The notes beneath the pieces were generated by a model. That model did not search any database. It saw nothing but the letters and a program-made list of their open reading frames with translations, and had not been told where the DNA came from. Positions 19,358-32,535 of a stretch of 64,000 nucleotides of DNA are shown here, in pieces (within the stretch, counting starts at the first letter, position 1; every line of letters begins with the position of its first letter). The stretch is taken from the NCBI RefSeq assembly GCF_902459465.1, contig NC_047074.1, positions 11,160,001-11,224,000 on the forward strand. The letters are read 5' to 3'. Source of the DNA: Asterias rubens (taxonomy: Eukaryota). A program made the position numbers and the translations under genes.

Positions 19358-19474
19358 GTGACTATAGACCAAGTTAGCATGGTTAGTAGCTAGGTGACTA
19401 TAGACCAAGTTAGCATGGTTAGTAGCTAGGTGACTATAGACCAAGTTAGCATGGTTAGTAGCTAGGTGACTATA
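19358..19474. repeat. Perfect 36-bp tandem repeat, 3.25 copies
   Basis: gtgactatagaccaagttagcatggttagtagctag x3 plus gtgactata, with no mismatches. Confidence 0.95.
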
Positions 19475-20966
19475 ATATAAAACTGGGGCACTTTATTATT
19501 ATTTACATCTGCAGTCGCACTAGATACAGCACATACACTGATGATAGTGCTATGGACTGCAGATATCAACATTTTGAAAAAAACAGGCACAAGCAGCAGC
19601 ACCTGGCTCATTTAATTGTAAATGTAAGGTAACGCTCTGTGGTGAGGGTAAACCTTTGCCGGACAATGCCAGAGCGTTACAATTATTGTAACGCACAGCA
19701 CGCCCAGCATGTCCAGTTAAATTATTTGACTTTGTCTTGAGGACTATAATTTGAATCACAAAGAAAATGAAGAACTTCTCAAGTCACCAGCTGCGAAACT
19801 GGTCATGAATGACTGGCCACCAGGCAGTGCCAAAAAGTTGGTAGCACTCGGCATGCTGTAAGCAGCCAGCCAGAGGCAGATGATGGGGGAGCAGAGGGCG
19901 GGGGCTGTAGCCCATCGCTCGGAACCTCTGACACCACCTCTTGCCGCCCCCCCCCCCGCCCCATCCATCAAAAATGGAGAAACAAAATTCACAAATTGTA
20001 ATAAAATAAATGATTGAAATGAACAATTGAATAACATTGTTCCTCGGCCTGTCCCCGGCCCTCTCCCAAATAATGAAATTTTCTGTTATTGGTGGTCATG
20101 TTTGTAGTTACAGTTATAGAGAATATATTTGGCCAAAAGAGTCTGAAACTTACAGCAATTCCCAAGCAAAATGTACACTCAGCAGCTCTCGCTGTCACCG
20201 CCAGATTCACGTCAAAAGTAAATGCACGGAATGTTGCTGCACACATGCCTTTTGCATTGACACTTTTTTTTTTGCCTCGTCTACGTGTGCGACGAACAGC
20301 GCCACCAATTGACGAGTTTTGAGTGATTGTTGTTGATCCTGCTTTTGTTGACTTCATTCGATGATCGACTTGGGGTTTTGGGCTGGTATGTATTCTTGCT
20401 CTATTGTTGCTAGAATTATTTTTTAAATACACTGTGAGTGTGATCAATCTGTTCAGACCGTCCGAGATCCGATAAACAGCTTACTTTCTACATCTTTCCT
20501 CCATGCTTTCTACAAATCAGTGTCAGCTTTTGAGCTGAGCTGAGTGAACAGTGAAGGTAACGTTTATTTAGAGAACAGACAGGGGAGGCATTAAAAATAA
20601 TATAAACAAGCACTCCATTCATTGAGCATACATGTATTGAATGGTATTTATTGTGTATCAAAAACTGCTCATCATGACCGTGATATCTCATACATTCATT
20701 CATTCGAACCATGCATGATCGGGGCGGATCAATTGTTGAGGAAGAAGGGGGGGGAGGAAGAAGGTTTAAGTAAATTCGTAGGGGTAAAAATAATTACAGT
20801 TTTATAATTTTTTGAGATTTTTTTTCTATTTTTTATAATTACAGTGTACTGTAATATTGTGATAAGATGATTATTTAAAAATATGTAGGCCTACCATTTA
20901 TTTTGACCATGCACAGCAAAATCAAGACGACAACAGAGTGCAACGAAACAAATCTGACTTTCGAAG

Positions 20967-22350
20967 ATGGAAAAACACTGGGTTGAGGACCTGTTCCCTC
21001 CATTCTACACTTACACCTTGGACAAGTCGACAACATCACAAGAAGAAGAAGGGAAAGACAGTCCCAGCTTGAAACCTCATGATGATGAGGAGGAGTACAT
21101 CAAGCGTATTCAGGAAATGTACGACAGAGTTCGCATCGATCTGAATCAGATTGAAAAAGAACGACAACAGAAATGCATCCAGGTGAGGATGAGGTCAACT
21201 GAATGAATTGTTGCGATAATCTTAAATCTACGCCCTCCCTCCATTTTCCCGCTGTCGGGAGGAGGGTTTTGTACAATTATCACAACAACTGAATGAAAAG
21301 AAGCCAGTTGCTTTTCAGAGTTTAGACAATTGAGGAAGGCCCCGCGGGCCGTAATGTGAGGAGGCCCTTTCCACATTCCCAAATAGTGTTTTCAATGACA
21401 AATTACAGGCATGAAATTTCATCTTTAAAAAGGGCAAGGCCATTACAAAGGGCACTTCCATTGAAAAATCTTAAAATCAACGGAAAACTTGTAAAAGGGG
21501 CACCAAGGCCAAGACAAGAGAAACAGAGGCCATGACCTGCGTGCATGGCCTGCATGTAACTCCAGGACTTGTTGGTAACAATCTTCTTCCTTTCTTTACT
21601 ATGTAGGTAGGAGAGCCATTGTCTGAGCATCTTCCACAAAAGTCTCCAATCGTATCTCCTGATAAATCTAAGCTTGGAAGGAAAACGCCAACTAATAAAG
21701 AAGAATGTATCTGGACAGCTGAGGAGCTGGCGTTTCTACGCCAGGCGACTGAGGAGACAAAACAAGAGAAAACACGACTCCAAGCTGAGCTTAGCCTTGC
21801 GATAAAGCAAAGAGAGAAACTTGGACGCAAATGCAAGAGGCAGTCGGAAGCCCTTGCCGTTAAGAACACAGAGCTACTCGAAAAGACCAAGGAAACGGAG
21901 AGGCTATCCCTCCGCTGCCACCATTTAGAGAAAGAGTTAAAGCACTGCAGGATGATTACGAGACTTCAGGAAGAGGATATTGATGAACTTAAAGAGTCCA
22001 AACAAGAGCTCAAGAAGCAGTTCACGGCTTTAAGACATGAGCTCAGTGTCGAGAAGCTGACTGGAGTTAAACTCAAAGGAGAACTGCAACAGGTCGGAAA
22101 GAAGAACGCTTTGGAGACCATCGTCAGGGAGGACGGGATCCGCCTGGACTATGAGCGACAGATTAAGAGTCTCTACGAGGAACTTCAAGGTGCTAAAGAT
22201 GAACTTGATAAGGAGAAAAGAGAAAATACATCAACAAGGAAAGCTTTGGAACACTTGAGAATTCACTTTGCAAATTTCCCTGCTGTTAAGGATCAAAGTG
22301 AACCTCTGGGTAGAGAAAATGATGAACTGGGTCAATTAAACTTGTACTAG
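20967..22350 (+). CDS. CCDC160: Coiled-coil domain-containing protein 160-like, 2 coding exons, 319 aa
   Basis: Exons 20967-21182 and 21607-22350, phase 0. N-terminal KHWVEDLFPPFY and C-terminal YERQIKSLYEELQGAKDELDKEK..RKALEHLRIHFA resemble the conserved CCDC160 ends (KHWKENMFTPFF; YYELEMAKIRGEL..RALELLRKYYA, recalled from memory); heptad-rich middle. Confidence 0.8.
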
Positions 22351-22960
22351 TCTTAGCCTGCAAGATCACAGGGGAGGGGGTTGGCTGCAAGAAATTTGAT
22401 GAGCTGAGTGAATTAAACTTGTACTAGTCTGCAAGATCAGGGAGGGTGTGTAGGCTGCATGATAAACTGGGCCAATTAAACTTGTTCTAGTCTGGTCTGC
22501 AAGGTCATGGAAATGGTTGGCTTCAAATTAAAGACAATGATGAACTGGGTGAATTAAACTTGTACTAGTCTGCGAGGTCAGGGAGGGTGTTGGCTGCATG
22601 TAAAACACTGAACTGGGTGAACTAAACTTGTACTAGTCTGTGAGGTCGGGGAGGTTGTTGGCTGCATGTAAAACACTGAACTGGGTGAATTAAACTTGTA
22701 CTAGTCTGCGAAGTCGGGGAGGGTGTTGGCTGCATGTAAAACACTGAACTAAGTGAAATAATAAACTTGTGCTAGTCTGCAAGCATCGGGGAGGGTGTTG
22801 GCTGCATGTACATGTAAAACACTGAACTGGGTGAATTAAACTCGTACTAGTCTGCGAGGGTGATGGCTGCATGTAAAACACTGAACTGGGCCAATTAAAC
22901 TAGTACTAGTCTGCAAGGTCAGGGAGTCGGTTGGCTAAAACTTGTACTAGTTTACTAGGT
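22318..22960 (+). repeat. Minisatellite (~59-80-bp units, 9 full copies plus fragments) whose first unit is the CCDC160 C-terminus and stop codon
   Basis: Core tgaactgggtgaattaaacttgtactagtctgc..gggagggtgttggctgcatgtaaaacac; a further fragment lies at ~23020. Confidence 0.92.
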
Positions 22961-23973
22961 ATGAGGGGGGGGGGAGGGGTGGGGGTATCGGTTTATTCGG
23001 TTGCATACAATACAATGAAATGGGTGAATTAAACTTGTTCCAGTGCAGTCTGGGCCTAATTTCATGGCTCTGCTCATTACTGCCGAATTCTGCGCTTACA
23101 ATCACCATTCTCCGCTTACTGTGCAAGTGCCAAAAGAGGGAGTTGCTGCATATAAAACTACTGGGTTGAAATAAATCATCAGAATTTGAATGTGGTACCA
23201 TACCTCTGGACACTTTATTATAAATAACATGTCCTTAAACTAGCATTATCAAATCACTTACATGATAATAACATAGATATTTAATAGAAAAAATATTAAA
23301 TACTAAAAAAATTATAGATAAAAGCTGACTGTCGCTACCCTACTTATAATTATTATTACAAAATCATATAGTAAGGATTTACCAAAAGATAAAAGTACGA
23401 CTTGGAAAAAAAGGAAAATCTATAACAAATATTTCATACTGTAAAGATTTCAGTACTGTTGGATCAGTGCAACATGGTCGTTAGTCAATGCAACACTTTC
23501 ACACCAAAGCCCTGGGCCTAATGTCATGGCTCTGCTTATTACTGCCGAATTCTGTGCTTACAATCACCATTCTCCGCTTACTGTGCAAGCGCCAAATTTC
23601 TGTGCTAGCTGTGTAAGCGAAGAATGCGTAGTTAGTAACATGGAGTATGTACGACAGAAGCAAAAATTCCCTGCTAAACCAGGAAATACTTTTGACATTA
23701 GTGCGGAATTACCTGCTTCGGTAAAGGTCTATTTTTTGCTTAAAGTAAGAAGAGCCATGAAATTGGGCCCAGGTCACATGAGGCATTTTAAAATCGGTTC
23801 CAGGCAATCTCCATGAAAAGAAGCCATTCACATTTCAATGTTCACATAATTATTTGACATTGTTTGAAAAATGACTCATAAGCTACCCAAGTTGTCTTGT
23901 AGAATTGACTGCATTTGGTTGCCTTCAAATTGCCTGTAAAAGTTGTGACAAGGCCCTTATACTTCACACTTAA

Positions 23974-24262
23974 AGGAACACGTTGCCTTGGATCGGTCGA
24001 GTTGGTCTTTGAAAAGCGTTTGTAACCGTTTGTTATAAAATGCATATGGTTAGAAAGATGTTGTAAAAGTAGAATACAATGATCCACACAAACATGCCTC
24101 GAAATTGCTCGGTTTTCCTAGGAAACCATGCAATTTCGAGGCAAATTAATGTGGATCATTGTATTCTACCTTTCAAACATCTTTCCAACCATGCATTTTA
24201 TAACGAACCATTACAAACGCTTGTTATAGACCAACTCATCCGATCCAAGGCAACGTGTTCCT
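23974..24262. mobile_element. TTAA-flanked MITE family K2 (Kolobok-like); other copies at ~32027-32240 (partial) and 55225-55620
   Basis: ttaa|aggaacacgttgccttggatcgg ... ccgatccaaggcaacgtgttcct|ttaa. Confidence 0.8.
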
Positions 24263-25399
24263 TTAATAATGGGTTGGTGGAACCATCGATGAAGGAAAGG
24301 TTCTACATCTGGGAATGTTGAATAAACACCGAGGCAAAGGATTTGCAAGAAGTTTGTCTTATGACCATGTTGCTCTGAATTAACCTTTTTCTACAACGCT
24401 TATTAAGGACACACATTTAAACTATCCAGTCCACAGATATGGTTTGATATAAGAACAGGGCCTAATTTCATAGAGATGCTTAAGCACAAAAAGTGGCTTG
24501 AAGCACAACAAAATGAACAGCCAAACTACCATTTCACGAGTACACTTTGTGCCTGGTATCCTGCTCATTTCTGCTTAGCAGAATTCTTTTAAGCATATTA
24601 TGCTTAAGCAGCTTTATGAAATTGGGACCAAGGTGTGCTATGCACACGGTTAAAAAGAAACACTAAAATGCATTGCCAACTTATGCCAACCTTTGGTTCA
24701 GGTCAAACAGGCAATCAATTCTGCCAATCTCCGAGAAAAGTATCAAACCAAATTTCAATACTTTTCTTCGGGACACAGTATTGTTCCCAGAGCCCAATTC
24801 CATAGAGCTGCTATTGTGAAACATTATTCTGCTAAGCACAACTAAGCAGGCTCCCAGTTACATTTTGTGCATATAAAATGTTATCTTTACTGGTAACCTC
24901 ATTCTGGTAAGCATAAGTTTGTTTTGCTTAGCAGCTTTTTATACTTTGAAAAGCAGCTCTATGAAATTGGGTCCAAGCGCTCATGTTTGCATGCACTGCA
25001 GTTGAATGCCTCAAATTGCTTTGTTCCACTAAAAACAAAAAAGCAGCTGGCAGTGGTGTTGGTTTTCATTGCATCATTTCGAGGATTCGTTTGTTCGTAC
25101 CACAGCTTCTTAAAAAGGCTTTAAGTTTTAGTGAAAAATCTGAACAACAGAATTGTTACATTGACATTAATAAGAACATCTAAGAGTTGTTAACCTTTGG
25201 AAGCAATTGAACTGCTCTTTGCGTTAGTTCAGTTATGCGTTTCTATGGGGATGTTTTGTTGTGAAGGGGCGGTTTTAACAATTGAAAAACTTATATACTG
25301 AGTTTACAGAGTTTTACATGGCATGCGAAAAAATTGACTTTAAACTTTACGGAAAGCATTGAACTCTCTTATTGTTTTGTTTGACCATTTCAAACTGGT

Positions 25400-25940
25400 T
25401 TTGAACCGTACCAGCCTGCAATATGATTCAATGGTGTAGTGGCATCCACACAATACACAGTCAACCCTACTACTGTTTAACCATCGTCAACTAGTTTTAA
25501 ACTACATGTATACCAGACTGCAATATGATATTGTAATGTACATGTAGATGCATCCACAAAATACAGTCAACCCTCCTACTGTTTAACCATCATCAATATG
25601 ATATCATGGTGTTGATGCATCCACACAATACACAGTAATCCGCCTACTATTTGACCATCATCAACTAGTTTTGAACTACAATGTATACCAGCCTGCAATA
25701 TGATATCATGGGTGATGCATCCACACAAAACACAGTCAACCCTCCTACTGTTTGACCATCATCAAGATATCATGGGTGATGCATCCACACAATACAGTCA
25801 ACCCTCCTACTGTTTTCGTTCGGTGGTATCATCCACTGTAGTCTTAAATTTATAGATGCGCTAAGCCTGGCTCATATATATTATAATGTAATGAATGCAT
25901 ACACAGTACACAGTCAACCCTCTTACTGTTTGACCATCTA
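25400..25940. repeat. Tandem repeat with long and short units (about 6 copies of gcatccacacaatacacagtcaaccctcctactgtttgaccatc)
   Basis: Core recurs at ~25441, 25549, 25616, 25715, 25778 and 25895. Confidence 0.85.
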
Positions 25941-28900
25941 CATTTATGTTTACGCTGGTTTACTCAGCAGGACCCACTGTGGTTTTGAATGATATGTAAT
26001 AAACCACCGAGGAAACCGACTGGGTAAATTAAAGTTCCAAATTTGGTGTACACTAAAAAAAATTGGGGGGTAGAACAGGATTTGAACCTGCAACCACCAG
26101 ACCAACTGAGTTATCTAGCCATAATGTTGGCATTTTCTCAACTTTATAAGAAGCTATTTTTTTAACCTAGTTTGAATGATACTCTGGCTTCATGATGAAT
26201 GGGGATGTGTCTACACAATGTACAAGTTAGTTCTGTGCACAGTTGCTCCACCCTACAAAACCCATGCTGTTGAAGGGTTTCAAATGGTTGGTCAACTCGC
26301 TGGTATTTTCTTTAAAACCAGGAGTACCCAGGCACCAGTGTTGTAGTGGTGGGCTGTAAATTAAATTTAGTCCACCAAGGGTGGGTGAGTGGTTCAACAA
26401 AAAATTTCAAGTTGAGATAAGGGGCATTCAATGCTAAAGTGCAGTCTTGGGGAAATCTGTGCTGCGCAGCACAGTTTTATTGTGCTCGAGTGCTGGGCGA
26501 AATTTGTTAGTTCTGGACAGGCCCGCCAAGCACCGGCGCCCCCACCCATGGTGGCTAAATCACTGTCAGGCACAGATGAGTGTTTGGCCCCACCCCTCTA
26601 CCTACTGCTATGGACCGATCCGGCCTGTCAATCAAACTGTGCGCGTTCACCCATTTGACCAATCACAGCAATGATTGTGGTCGGACAAACTCGGTCATGC
26701 GTGCGCGTATATTTGGCACGCGCGGCAGAATCGTACAGAATGTCATTGGGAGTGCTCGTACACTAACTTGCTCACGTGCGCGGTGGACGGAGCTTAGTGG
26801 AAAGCCGGAACGGTCCATTCACGAAAGGGTTCAAGTTGATTACAGTGGAGTGTAGAGTATTAAAACGTTTACATACTGGGTGAGGGTAAATCTGTGCCTA
26901 TTTTTTTATTTATTTTATTTTAAATTTAATCGGATTTAACCATCTGCATTGTGCAGTGCATGTTGATTAATTTACTGGCATAAACCCTAATAAGACCATT
27001 TCAAGAGATTTAGGCTCGTTCAAGAGCTTTATGATTAATCTCTCAACAGTTCCACCAAAGAGAAAAGCAATAAGCATGGATTATATTCTCTGTAGAATCT
27101 TAAATTTGTGGTAGGTATACTTTTGCCCATTAAGTACAAAGTGAAGTGTTATCTTGTTTGATTAAAAAAAAAAAAACACATTAAACAAAATATCCTTAGG
27201 GAATAAATAAAAAATAAATAAAATACAAACTAAGAATACCAGGCACTCAGTTTGTAGAATTTAAATTCAAACTGAATTGATTGGCCATCAGGCCTGAAAC
27301 TTAATGTTCATGTAGGGCAAGGCGTCTTTGTTTACTTCTTAAAGGAGTACCTAGGATTCAAAGTGCCTCTAGCTACCGCGGGCGCAACCTTGGTAGTGTA
27401 GTTCGTAAAACACTGCTCTAGAATTGGAAGGATCATGGGTTTGAATCCCAACCGAGTAACATGCCTGTGATATTTTTTTTCACAGGACTAAGGAAAGTAC
27501 TGAGTATACAGTGCTAACACACTTCCGTGTATGGGTTCAAACCAAAATTTATAAGGAGTACCTCATCGAGGTAAATGACAATTTGCACTGGAAAAGTTGA
27601 AAGGGCAATGACCAGGCGGAGCATGGAGAAAAATGCTATCGTTGCCTCCATAAACTGTCAGACTTGTCCCTTGTTCACAATGTTTCAAAATGTGTTTCCA
27701 GTTACAAATAAACTTTCTTTGTAATACCAATAATACAAAACATAAAGCCTAAATTTTCCTTTGGGAAACAAAATAAAATAAATAAAGTAAAAAAATTCTT
27801 GAAACTGGAGCCAGCTCCTGTAACCCTCCCCGTTTAATAGTAAAATCTTAATTTTGTTACGGGTGTCCAGTTTCCCTAACTACCACCCTCTGGGTTATAT
27901 GTGACCAATTTCTAAAATTTATCGAAGAAACAATTCATACAATTTGGTTTTGCCCCACATTGATATAGTAGACTGTAGTCCTTTTCGCAAATACCCATTG
28001 CGCATGCGCTAACTGTTGAATGAGGTGCATGCTGGTCTAGCTAACGATCAAACTTGATGACTAGACTATCAAGCACCTCATTCCACGCCTAATGACCATT
28101 TACCGAGTATTAGCGATAAGGTCCATGCATATGATATCACTGAAGAAGGGCGCCCTCAACTAAGGGTCAAAAGGAGTTTGCATATTTACCAATCCTTCTG
28201 ACTATCAGAGTTATTGAGTAGTGCCTGCCCTCAGTAGAGCAAAACCAAGTCAAACTGATCTTCCATTCCTGATGCAATAATTTCATCAGTAACAAACAAA
28301 AAATTTGTTTAAATCTCTGTCCCAATATAATTTTTATGCTGCAAATAACCCTTTACAATTTCTTTGGCAACAAACATTTGGCAATCACGGGCACTCAGGC
28401 AAGGCTGCCTACATTTGAAACACTGACTACGAGAAAGAACGTCTTTTAAAAACCTCAGCCTTGCCCGAGTGCGTCAAAAGGGGGCCAAATATTAACAAGC
28501 CTTGATTGAGACTGTCTCATTTTTTTCATCGGTAAACAAAATAGTTCTTAGAACTTTGACATAAGATTTTGCAAATTTATTGGCTAAACATGTTTATCAG
28601 CAGTGAGCCAGTGACATACGATGAATATCACATAGAGTTTTAGCCGGTAATCTGTTTTGGTTAACACAGAAACTTTCTATGCTCAGGAGGTTTCTGTTTC
28701 GCCGGTCTGTAAAATTGTCCCCCAAAAAACCACAAAGATTTCTAAATGAGTTAATTTCCACTGTTGCAAGTCTCACAATGCTGGGACCTGTTAAAATGAA
28801 CTAAGTTGCCTTTGCATGTTAAAGAAGTGTAACAACTTTGTGTTGGTAATAAAATTTGAAAATAAAAAATAAAGCAGCGTCCAAAACAGCAGTTTTGAAA

Positions 28901-29184
28901 AAGATGCAATATTTGTTTTCCAAACATGGATTTATGGCTACGATGCAGATTCATAGCTTGGTGAAAACGACGATGATTTCAAAGAAGGGTATCCCATAAT
29001 GTTTGAAAACCTGCAAGACTTATAATGGAGACAGTACCAATCAAGGCTTAACTACAAATCAACAAAAAACGACCACTGTTTTTTTTCCTTCAGGCAAACC
29101 TTGTCTAATCATCACATACTCACTGCACTCTTTTTCTTTAGGACAAGGAGTCTAAAAAAAACATAAGCAGGGGTGTGGGTCCAA

Positions 29185-32100
29185 TCAGTGGTGGCCGAAG
29201 CCATGGTGATTGTGATGAGAACCGAAGCCATGATGATGACCGTGGTAGCCGTGATGGCCGTAATGGTGATGACCACTCCCCAAGGCTGCCCCGGCTACGA
29301 AGCCTAGACCCGCCAGAGTTGCTGCGTCGTAGCTGCTTTGGTGGCTAGGCTGTCAGATACAAGATATAATGTTTGATTAGTTTGAGGGCCATTTAGAACC
29401 CACAGGGCTTGTATCGATGACCCCTTAGTTGCAAATATACCACAAGTTACCATGTCATATCTGGGCTCAAAATTAACACTTGACCACATGTTCAAGGCCA
29501 GTGGTTTAGCTAATAAGATAGATCTTATAAGAGATGTTAAAGTCATTGGACCCTTTCGGTACAAAAAAAAAATAAAAGTTCACAGATTTACAAATAACTT
29601 ACAGGGTTTACAGAAGGTAATGGTGAAAGACTTCTCTTGAAATATTGTTCCATGAAATGCTTCACTTTTTGAGAAAACATTAAAACAATATAAATTCTCG
29701 TTAGCGAGAACTACAGATTTATTTTAAACACATGTCATGACACGGCGAAACGCGCGGAAACAAGAGTGGGTTTCCCATTATTTTCTCCCGACTCCGATGA
29801 CCGATTGAGCCTAAATTTTCACAGGTTTGTTATTTTATATATAAGTTGTGATACACGAAGTGTGGGACTTAGACAATACTGTTTACTAAAAGTGTTTATA
29901 TAACACCCAAGCAGATCCTTGCCATTTGATTGGAGGATTGTCCGTCACGTGATAGCAAATAAAAGTACCATTGCACGCTGAGTCACTCGCCGTGCTTTTT
30001 CGTTCCATCCGAAAAGTACCATTGCACGCTGGCACGCTGCCAGCGTGCAATGGTACTTTTCGGATGGAACGAAAAAGCTGAGTAAAAACATCACTGCGTG
30101 CGCGTGTCTTTGGTAACGCAGCAGGTGTTACTGCAAGAAAGCATAGTAAAATTACTAGCATTCGGCTTCTACAGTTGAAATTGTTTGTTTTGGAAGTTGT
30201 TTCTTTCAATCAAAATGACAAAGTTCTACTTGGATGTTATATAAAACAAATAATGAATGTTTTTCATTCGTGCAATGGTGCGAATATGTTCATTCGTTGA
30301 AAGCTGGAATGTTCCATTCAACTCGGCTCCGCCTCGTTGAATAGAACATTCCATCTTTCAACTCATGAACATATTCGCACCATTGCACTCATAAACATTC
30401 ATTATGTGTATAATAATGGCTTTAATCTAGATAGATCTTCTTGGCGTTTGTACAACTAACTTTGATTCTGGTCTGGTAAAATCAATTCTTGTCCAGTCAA
30501 AAATGTCTTGTAGACATTTCCCCCAAATTCAAGCCATGTCGTACTATGCTGCTTAATTTTGCTTAGCAGAAAGGTGTTATGCATACTTCTCTGCTTAAGC
30601 AGCAATTGGGCCCTTGCCTTCAACATGGACCAATGTACTAGGAACATAGTTCTTACCGTTGCATTGGGCACATAGACGTTCCTGCCTGGCTGAACGACAG
30701 TCAGATTGGAAACAGGCTGAGCTGGTTGCTGGATATATGTCGGCTGTCCTGGAGCGTACGTGTATGCCTTCAATAAACAAGAAATCCGATACGAGAAAAA
30801 TTATTAAAAAAAATCTTCTTTTTTTCGTGCCAGAATCAATGAATTATTGAACTTAAGTATAAATTCCACAATCTTTCCCTTCTTTCTCATAAGGGTGGGG
30901 AAAAAAACCTAGTAAAATCTGTGTTTCAAAGTTTCCTAAATGTTTAGACAAAATCTTTAAAGACTAACCCTTTCTCGTTGGAACTCTTTCCCTGTTGCAT
31001 AAAGCTCCAGGCCTTTTAGTCTTTTAATGCTTGAGTGAGAAATTACCTCTTTCTCAAAAACTATGCTACATACTGCTAACAATGATCTTGAGTAATTACC
31101 AATAGTGACCAGTGCCTTTAAAGCAAATATGAAGCTTACCCCTGGAGAGCTGTATGACATTGCGGACACAGCTTGTGCCTGAGTTAGGTAAGCTGGAGCT
31201 GAGCTGTAGATGGGTGGTGGTTGCTGGTAGCGATACTGTGCTGGGGACGGGGCTAAACTGACATGACTGGCATACGGAGCTGAACGATAATAAGAATAAG
31301 AATAGAAATAATAATGAAAATAATTCACAATAATAATAAAACGTTCTTATATGGCGCACTTCAAGACCAAAGGAGCTCTGAACGGCTTAACGAGAGAGCA
31401 GATTGAGTAGTCTGTTGGGAACTGCTCTCAAATAAGCAGGTTTTCAGATTCAGTCACTTCTTAGGAGAGCATTCCATAGCTTAGGGCCTCCACACGATCT
31501 TTACCCATAGCCCAAATCCATGCATTTATCAGGTATCAATCAATCAGTTTATTTCCAAAGTATCAAAATCACTATCAAAATCAAATCAAAGGCAATGTAA
31601 GTTGGAAGTTAAGTTGCTTGATAAGATTAATCAAATGAATAATAAGCATGGACTTAAGCGAAACTGTGGAGGAACCCATAAAGAAGCAAAGCTTGTAAGG
31701 TTATGGTTCCCTGAGCAAGCTTGTGCAGGGTATGCAACTGCAGTTTAGAAAAAAACACAGTTGGATGATATTAAGCGGTCATGCAGAAGGAGGGTTAACT
31801 TACATTGTGACGAGTAGGCTGGAGTTTGGGATGGGTGCTGATACAGAGCCGGATTGAATCCTATAGGAGGAGGCTGGGCAGGAATGGCAGGATTGGGTTG
31901 TCCACCATAACCTGTCAGCGCAAAAAAAAGAAAATACACATGTATTGTGTATACAAAATACAACACTTAGACCCTTACGGGAGACTGACATTATGACCAC
32001 GGTTCAATTTCATATAGAGTTGCTTAAAGGAACACGTTGCCTTGGATCAGTCGAGTTGGTCTTTGAGCGTTCTATAACGGTTTGTAAAAAAATGCATATA

Positions 32101-32466
32101 GGTAGAAAGATATTTTAAAAGTAGAATACAATGATCCACACAAATATGCTTGAAATTGCGTGGTTTTCTTTTTATCTCGTCGACTAGCACGCTCGGCCAT
32201 TTATGGGAGTAAATTATTTGACTCCCATGAATGGCTCCCATTGATTGCTTAGAATAGTAGAGTCCAAATTACCATTTTTGCACTACTTGGTTAACCCTAT
32301 TTCTACCTCCATGGATAAACGTGCTACCACGACTACTACAAGTTCCCTTGATGAGTGACAATCTAAACAAACAAACAAGCGCCTTCAGTCTGCTCAAGGT
32401 CATACCTGGAGGTGCACCATTGGGCCTCCCAGCCGAGTAGGCTTGCGGAGGGTAGTTCGGATTCAT
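29185..32466 (-). CDS. Unnamed 194-aa Pro/Gln/Tyr-rich protein with a Gly/Ala hydrophobic segment and His/Gly-rich C-terminal tail; 5 coding exons
   Basis: Exons 32466-32406, 31911-31804, 31279-31140, 30767-30657, 29349-29185; GT-AG, phases 1,1,0,0 (585 nt). Last exon PSHQSSYDAATLAGLGFVAGAALGSGHHHYGHHGYHGHHHGFGSHHNHHGFGHH* is under 60 aa and absent from the ORF track. An acceptor just upstream of 32473 implies an upstream 5' exon. Confidence 0.85.
29885..30420. mobile_element. Unclassified double-hairpin element in intron 4 of the His-tail gene; a related left end occurs at ~54730
   Basis: Perfect 41-bp-arm palindrome at 29994-30078, imperfect ~65-bp-arm palindrome at 30250-30405, and shared cagatccttg(c/t)catttgattgg block. 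Confidence 0.55.
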
Positions 32467-32535
32467 GATTTCTCTATAAAAACAAAACAAGAAACAAGTT
32501 TGTTGTTTATATTTAGTTGTTAGAAATCATGTTAA

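Noticed and set aside
19358-19474. 36-bp repeats as a CRISPR array
   Set aside because: Units are directly adjacent with no spacers; eukaryotic context; no cas genes.
19756-20037. GC-rich patch with two overlapping minus-strand ORFs
   Set aside because: No recognisable motif or consistent splice sites; more likely 5' UTR or regulatory DNA of the divergent pair.
19989-20447. 152-aa minus-strand ORF
   Set aside because: Non-ATG start, no domain, overlapping ORFs on the other strand; lies in the presumed promoter interval.
22318-22960. Repeat-plus-variable-linker array as CRISPR
   Set aside because: The linkers are homologous to each other rather than unique, and the first unit is coding sequence of CCDC160.
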